NCBI RefSeq assembly: GCF_047607365.1
Contig: NZ_JASGDD010000043.1
Coordinates: 843-64,842, forward strand
Reading direction: 5' to 3'
Source of the DNA: Nocardioides sp.
GTDB taxonomy: Bacteria; Actinomycetota; Actinomycetes; Propionibacteriales; Nocardioidaceae
DNA length: 64,000 bases
In this document: positions 60,154 through 64,000 of the stretch, piece by piece
How the letters are laid out: each line of letters starts with the position of its first letter
Numbering within the stretch: the first letter of the stretch is position 1
Notes under the pieces: generated by a model
Seen by the model: the letters and a program-made list of their open reading frames with translations, nothing else
Told to the model about the DNA's origin: nothing
Databases searched by the model: none
Made by a program: the position numbers and the translations under genes

Positions 60154-61821
60154 CCGGGCCTCCGAGCCAGCGACGACCGTGCGGGTGACGCGCGCGTCGA
60201 GCAGGCTCGCCGCACCCTTCGCGAACGGGTCGCGGTCGAGCACGACGAAGTCGGCGCTGAGGCCCGGGGCCAGCCGTCCGGTGACGTCTCCCCAACCCGC
60301 CGCCCACGCCGCCTCGCGGGTGGCCCGGAGCAGTGCCAGGTCCAGCGGCATCGCCTGGTCCGGGTGGTTGGCGGGCAGGTCCTCCCGCACGGCCGAGCGC
60401 CGGGTGGTGGCGATGTAGAGGTTGGGCAACGGGGCGTAGGGCGCGGTCGGGGCGTCCGAGCCGAGGACCAGGCGCACGCCGGCGTCGGCCAGCTCCATCC
60501 AGGGGAAGCCCCGCGAGACGCGGTCGTCGCCGAGCATCTCGCGCCAGTTGTCCTGGATCGCCGGGTCGGCGTGCACCGGCTGCACGGAGGCGACGATCCC
60601 CAGTCGGCCCATCCGCCGGATCGACTCAGGCGTGACGGTCTCGAGGTGCTCGATCCGGTGGCGGCGCGGCCGGCCGCCGTGGTCGGCGTGGTCGCGGTGG
60701 TCGCGGTGGTCGCGGTGGTCGCGGTGGTCGCGGTGGTCGCCGTCGGCGGCCGTCGCGCGCTCCAGCGCGGTGAGCGCCATCCCCGAGGCGCGGTCGCCGA
60801 TGGCGTGCATCGCGACCTGGAGGCCGGCGCGGTCGGCGTGGGCCACGACCGCGTCGAGCGCCTCCTGGTCCCAGATCGCCTCGGGGTGCCGGCCGTCGGC
60901 GAAGGGCTCGACCATCGACGCCGTGCAGCTGTCGATCACGCCGTCCACGAAGATCTTGATCCCGTTGACGCTCAGCCACGGGCCTGCGTGACGCCGGTGG
61001 AGCTCGATCGCGCGGTCGACCTGGGCGATCTCGTCGCGGGGGTCGGCGCAGCGGTTGACGATCCAGTGGCCGGCGACGCGGATCGGCAGCCGGCCCCCGC
61101 CCGCCGCGAGGGCCCCCTCGAGCGCGGTCAGCTCCTCGGCGGCGAGGCCCATGTCGACGGCGGCGGTCACGCCGGCGGCGAGGTAGTGCTCGAAGGCCTG
61201 CTGCTGGGCGAGAAGCCGCTCGCCGTCGGTGGTCAGGGTGTCGAGCACGCCGCGCATCAGGCCCAGGGCGGCGGTCTCGTAGAGCATGCCCGTGGCGGCG
61301 CCGTCCGCGTCGCGGTCGATCCGGCCGCCGATGGGATCGGGGGTGTCGGCGTCGATGCCCAGCTCGGCGAGCGCGGCGGTGTTGACCCACGCGGAGTGCT
61401 GGTCGGCGGCGGCGAGGTAGACCGGCCGGTCGGCGACCGCCTCGTCGAGCATCGCGCGCGTGGGCCGTCGGCCGTCGAGGGCCGGGAAGAGCCAGCCGAA
61501 GCCGCGCAGTCGTGCGGCGCCGGGGTCGGCCGCCGCCGTACGCCGGAGGCGGGCCTGGATCTCCGCCAGGTCGGCCGCGTCGGAGAGGTCGATCTGCCCG
61601 AGCGCCTCGCCCATCGACACGATGTGGGTGTGCGCGTCGACGATCCCGGGCACGACGAGGGCGCCCTCCAGCTCCACGACGCGTACGACGTCCGCGACCC
61701 GCTCCGCCTCGGCGGTCGAGCCCACGTGGAGGAGCGTCTCGCCGTCGACGACGAGGGACTCCGCCCACGCCGGCTCGTCGGCGGTGAAGATCCTCCCCGC
61801 CCGGTAGTGGACCCGGCTCAT
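60139..61821 (-). CDS. Amidohydrolase-family 3 (YtcJ-like) metal-dependent hydrolase
   Basis: ATG 61821 (MSRVHYRAGRIFTADEPAWAESLVVDGETLLHVG...PGIVDAHTHI) has an ATGA overlap with the permease stop. KIFVDGVIDS, AMHAIGDRA, HRIEHLE, LVLGSDAP. Confidence 0.85.
   Translation of the reverse strand: MSRVHYRAGRIFTADEPAWAESLVVDGETLLHVGSTAEAERVADVVRVVELEGALVVPGIVDAHTHIVSMGEALGQIDLSDAADLAEIQARLRRTAAADPGAARLRGFGWLFPALDGRRPTRAMLDEAVADRPVYLAAADQHSAWVNTAALAELGIDADTPDPIGGRIDRDADGAATGMLYETAALGLMRGVLDTLTTDGERLLAQQQAFEHYLAAGVTAAVDMGLAAEELTALEGALAAGGGRLPIRVAGHWIVNRCADPRDEIAQVDRAIELHRRHAGPWLSVNGIKIFVDGVIDSCTASMVEPFADGRHPEAIWDQEALDAVVAHADRAGLQVAMHAIGDRASGMALTALERATAADGDHRDHRDHRDHRDHRDHADHGGRPRRHRIEHLETVTPESIRRMGRLGIVASVQPVHADPAIQDNWREMLGDDRVSRGFPWMELADAGVRLVLGSDAPTAPYAPLPNLYIATTRRSAVREDLPANHPDQAMPLDLALLRATREAAWAAGWGDVTGRLAPGLSADFVVLDRDPFAKGAASLLDARVTRTVVAGSEARLPPA
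60679..60741. repeat. 9-bp in-frame microsatellite (GTGGTCGCG)x5 perfect plus 2 imperfect units, encoding (DHR)n
   Basis: Perfect units span 60688-60732, with imperfect flanks at 60679-60687 and 60733-60741. The peptide is DGDHRDHRDHRDHRDHRDHADHGG, just upstream of the HRIEH metal-ligand motif. Confidence 0.9.
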
Positions 61822-63266
61822 CGGGTGAGCCCCCGGTCGACCCAGGTCCGCATGAGGAGGAGGTAGGCGGCGCCGGGGAGGATCAGGCCGACCGGGAGGG
61901 AGACGTCGATGCCGCCGATCGCCGAGGCGACGGGACCGGTGTAGACCGTGGCCGCGCAGCACAGCACGGTGACGGCGACCCCGCCGACGAGGGCGAGGGC
62001 GCCGGCCGGGTTGACGCCGCCGGCGTACCAGAACCGGCTGCCCGGCGACTGGTCGCTGAGCTCCGCGCCGTCGTACCGGTTGCGGCGCAGCCACATGTCG
62101 GCGAGGTAGATCGACATCACCGGCGCCAGGATCGCGACGATGAGCTGCATGGCGTTGGAGACGCTGTCGAGGAAGTCCCACACCAGGAGGCCGAGCAGGG
62201 TCATCGTGGTGCCGACCGCGCCGTCGAGGAGCACGGTGCGGGAGCGGCGCATCCTGACGCCGATCGACTGCAGCGCGAGGCCGGAGCTGTAGGCGGTCAT
62301 CGCGTTGTTGGCGATCGTGCCGACGATGACGGCGACGATGAAGACCGGCGAGAACCACGACGGCAGCAGCACGTCGGCGGCCGCCTGCGCGTCGGAGGCG
62401 TCGACCGCGGTGGCGGCGAGGATGCCGGCACCCGTGACGACGACCCCCGGGACGCTGGAGCCCAGGGCGGTCCACACCGCGACGGACCTGACCGGAGTGC
62501 CGGTCGGGAGGTAGCGGGCGAAGTCCGCGCTGTTGGTGTAGGAGAGCGGACCCGAGGCGACGAGCGTCAGGCCGGCGGCCAGCGTCGCCCACAGCGCGGT
62601 GCCGCTGAGCGTGGTCTGCGGGGTGTAGCTCCAGTCGGCGCCCCTCACGACGTAGACCACCATGACGACGAAGACCAGCCCGAGCACGGCCGCCATCGGC
62701 TGGTAGATCCGCATGATGAGGCCGTAGCCGTAGACGCTGATGGCCAGCGTGACCGCGGCGATGACGACGATCACCGCCACCTCGACCGGGGTCGTCACGG
62801 CGATGCCGACGCGGTCGAGCAGGCTGTAGGCGAAGTACGCCGCCGTCGCCCAGTTCAGCGCGAGATAGCAGACGCTGACGAGCCATCCGGCGAGCGCGAC
62901 GTTGATGCGGTTGAACCGCACGCCGTACATGCTGCGCGTGATGACCTCGCTCGGCGTGCCCGAGGCGGGACCGGTGGCGGCGATGATCCCGGTGAGGACC
63001 GAGAAGAGCGCACCGGCCAGGGCGACGGCCAGCGCCTGCCAGATCGTGAGGCCGATGAGGATCAGCACGGTGCCGACGAGGAAGCTGAGGAAGTTCACGT
63101 TGGCCGAAGCCCAGACGCCGAAGAGGCTCGCGGGACGGCCGTAGCGCTCCGACTCGGGGATGACGTCGATGCCGTGGCTCTCGATGGCGAGGGGCGCGGT
63201 CGGGTCGGCGCCGCCGTCCCTCGGGATGTCGCCGGCGGCGTACGCCGCGGTGTCGCTGCTGGTCAT
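61818..63266 (-). CDS. NCS1-family nucleobase (cytosine/purine/allantoin-type) permease
   Basis: 482 aa, polytopic. IDVIPESERYGRPASLFGVWASANVNFLSF is typical of CodB/NCS1 N-termini. Confidence 0.85.
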   Translation of the reverse strand: MTSSDTAAYAAGDIPRDGGADPTAPLAIESHGIDVIPESERYGRPASLFGVWASANVNFLSFLVGTVLILIGLTIWQALAVALAGALFSVLTGIIAATGPASGTPSEVITRSMYGVRFNRINVALAGWLVSVCYLALNWATAAYFAYSLLDRVGIAVTTPVEVAVIVVIAAVTLAISVYGYGLIMRIYQPMAAVLGLVFVVMVVYVVRGADWSYTPQTTLSGTALWATLAAGLTLVASGPLSYTNSADFARYLPTGTPVRSVAVWTALGSSVPGVVVTGAGILAATAVDASDAQAAADVLLPSWFSPVFIVAVIVGTIANNAMTAYSSGLALQSIGVRMRRSRTVLLDGAVGTTMTLLGLLVWDFLDSVSNAMQLIVAILAPVMSIYLADMWLRRNRYDGAELSDQSPGSRFWYAGGVNPAGALALVGGVAVTVLCCAATVYTGPVASAIGGIDVSLPVGLILPGAAYLLLMRTWVDRGLTR

Positions 63267-63358
63267 GGTCCTTCACCTCGTGGTGTCTCGTGCCTGGGCC
63301 CGTCGCCCCGTCGTTCGGTGGACCGCCCCATCGAGGCCCTCGGCGGCACCGTAGATAG

Positions 63359-63396
63359 CCAAATCGATTTGGACAACGGTCTCGCGGGACTAATCT
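63359..63396. promoter_or_regulatory. Candidate LacI-type operator (CCAAATCGATTTGG) overlapping the -35 of a leaderless lacI-family gene promoter
   Basis: Perfect 14-bp palindrome at 63359-63372 with a central AATCGATT core. TTGGAC (63369-63374), 16 nt, TAATCT (63391-63396), then 7 nt to GTG 63404. Lies in the divergent region with the permease operon. Confidence 0.5.
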
Positions 63397-63403
63397 GGGC
63401 GAC

Positions 63404-64000
63404 GTGAGCGCGCGACGAGCCACCATCCACGACGTCGCCCGGCGCGCGGGCGTCTCGGCGACCACGGTGTCCCACACGTTCAGCGGCAACGGGGTGGTCG
63501 CCACCGCCACGCAGCAGCGGATCCGCCGGGCCGCGACCGAGCTCGGCTACCGCCCCGACGCGCTCGCCCGCGGGCTGCGGAGCAGCCGCCTCGGAGCCAT
63601 CGCACTCGTGGAGCGGACCCTCATGGCCGGCAACGCCGAGCGGGTGCTCGGCATCGACTACTTCCTGCGGTTCGCGGGAGCGGCGGCGATCGCGGCCGCC
63701 GACCAGGGGTTCGCGCTGATGTTCGTCGCCGACCCGTGGGCGGCCGACGCGCCGAGCGCGGCACTCGCCTGCGACGGGTTCATCGTCACCGAGCCGGTGG
63801 CCGACGACCCCCTGCTCATCGCGCTCGACGGCTACGGCATCCCCTACGTGTCGGTGGGCCGGGACCCGGCGCGGGCGATCCACCGGCCCGGGTCGGTGGT
63901 CGACATCGCGACGGAGCTGATCACCGTCCGCGCCCTCGATCATCTCGTGGACGGCGGCGCACGCCGGGTCGCCGTCCTCGTCGGCACCGACCGCAACGAG
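63404..64000 (+). CDS. LacI-family transcriptional regulator (3' end beyond window)
   Basis: GTG 63404 begins VSARRATIHDVARRAGVSATTVSHTFSGNGVVATATQQRIRRAATELGYRPDALARGLRS. The ORF is open to the window edge (199 codons). Confidence 0.88.
   Translation, partial: MSARRATIHDVARRAGVSATTVSHTFSGNGVVATATQQRIRRAATELGYRPDALARGLRSSRLGAIALVERTLMAGNAERVLGIDYFLRFAGAAAIAAADQGFALMFVADPWAADAPSAALACDGFIVTEPVADDPLLIALDGYGIPYVSVGRDPARAIHRPGSVVDIATELITVRALDHLVDGGARRVAVLVGTDRNE

Noticed and set aside
60139-63510. A single 1123-aa ORF covering the amidohydrolase and the permease region.
   Set aside because: The upstream two-thirds is Arg/Pro/Gly-rich and overlaps the clear NCS1 permease frame. ATG 61821, with an ATGA junction to the permease stop, gives a normal 560-aa amidohydrolase.

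Overview
This is a 64-kb stretch of a very GC-rich actinobacterial chromosome. Most of it is core information-processing genes on the minus strand: rpmG with tRNA-Thr and tRNA-Met, a MaoC/Had-like dehydratase pair, murB, tRNA-Trp-secE-nusG-rplK-rplA, rplJ-rplL and rpoB-rpoC. A complete mce lipid/sterol-uptake operon (mceG, yrbEA/B, mceA-F, two Mce-associated membrane proteins) sits between rplL and rpoB. The left part carries a TetR regulator with a two-gene ABC exporter, pdxH, citrate synthase, serC and a Doc/RHH toxin-antitoxin pair. That pair is followed by a tightly packed methyltransferase / surface beta-propeller / topoisomerase IB string, a GlcD-GlcF-type FAD/Fe-S oxidase, a double-Nudix protein and a geranylgeranyl reductase. 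Between tRNA-Trp and aspC lies a ~9-kb accessory metabolic islet: GNAT, XRE-cupin regulator, PfkB kinase, ROK regulator, edd-eda, catalase and an aldehyde dehydrogenase. The right end has a pirin, a CpdA-like phosphodiesterase and a LacI-controlled NCS1 permease/amidohydrolase operon. I recognised no rRNA, CRISPR, transposase, integrase or phage genes. I did not find a convincing new multi-gene system. The most unusual signals are structural or non-coding. (1) A ~22-bp tandem-repeat family (core GCCGAGTGGGG) occurs at three loci; one copy is embedded in-frame in a CDS with a 21-bp period, and one forms a ~170-bp palindrome. (2) A ~90-bp interspersed repeat occurs in three copies; one lies in-frame inside the 5' end of mceE and one abuts the add start codon. 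(3) Several long near-perfect hairpins occupy intergenic gaps. (4) A 9-bp in-frame microsatellite encodes (Asp-His-Arg)n in an amidohydrolase. All functional calls come from reading the translated ORFs by eye; no database search was run.
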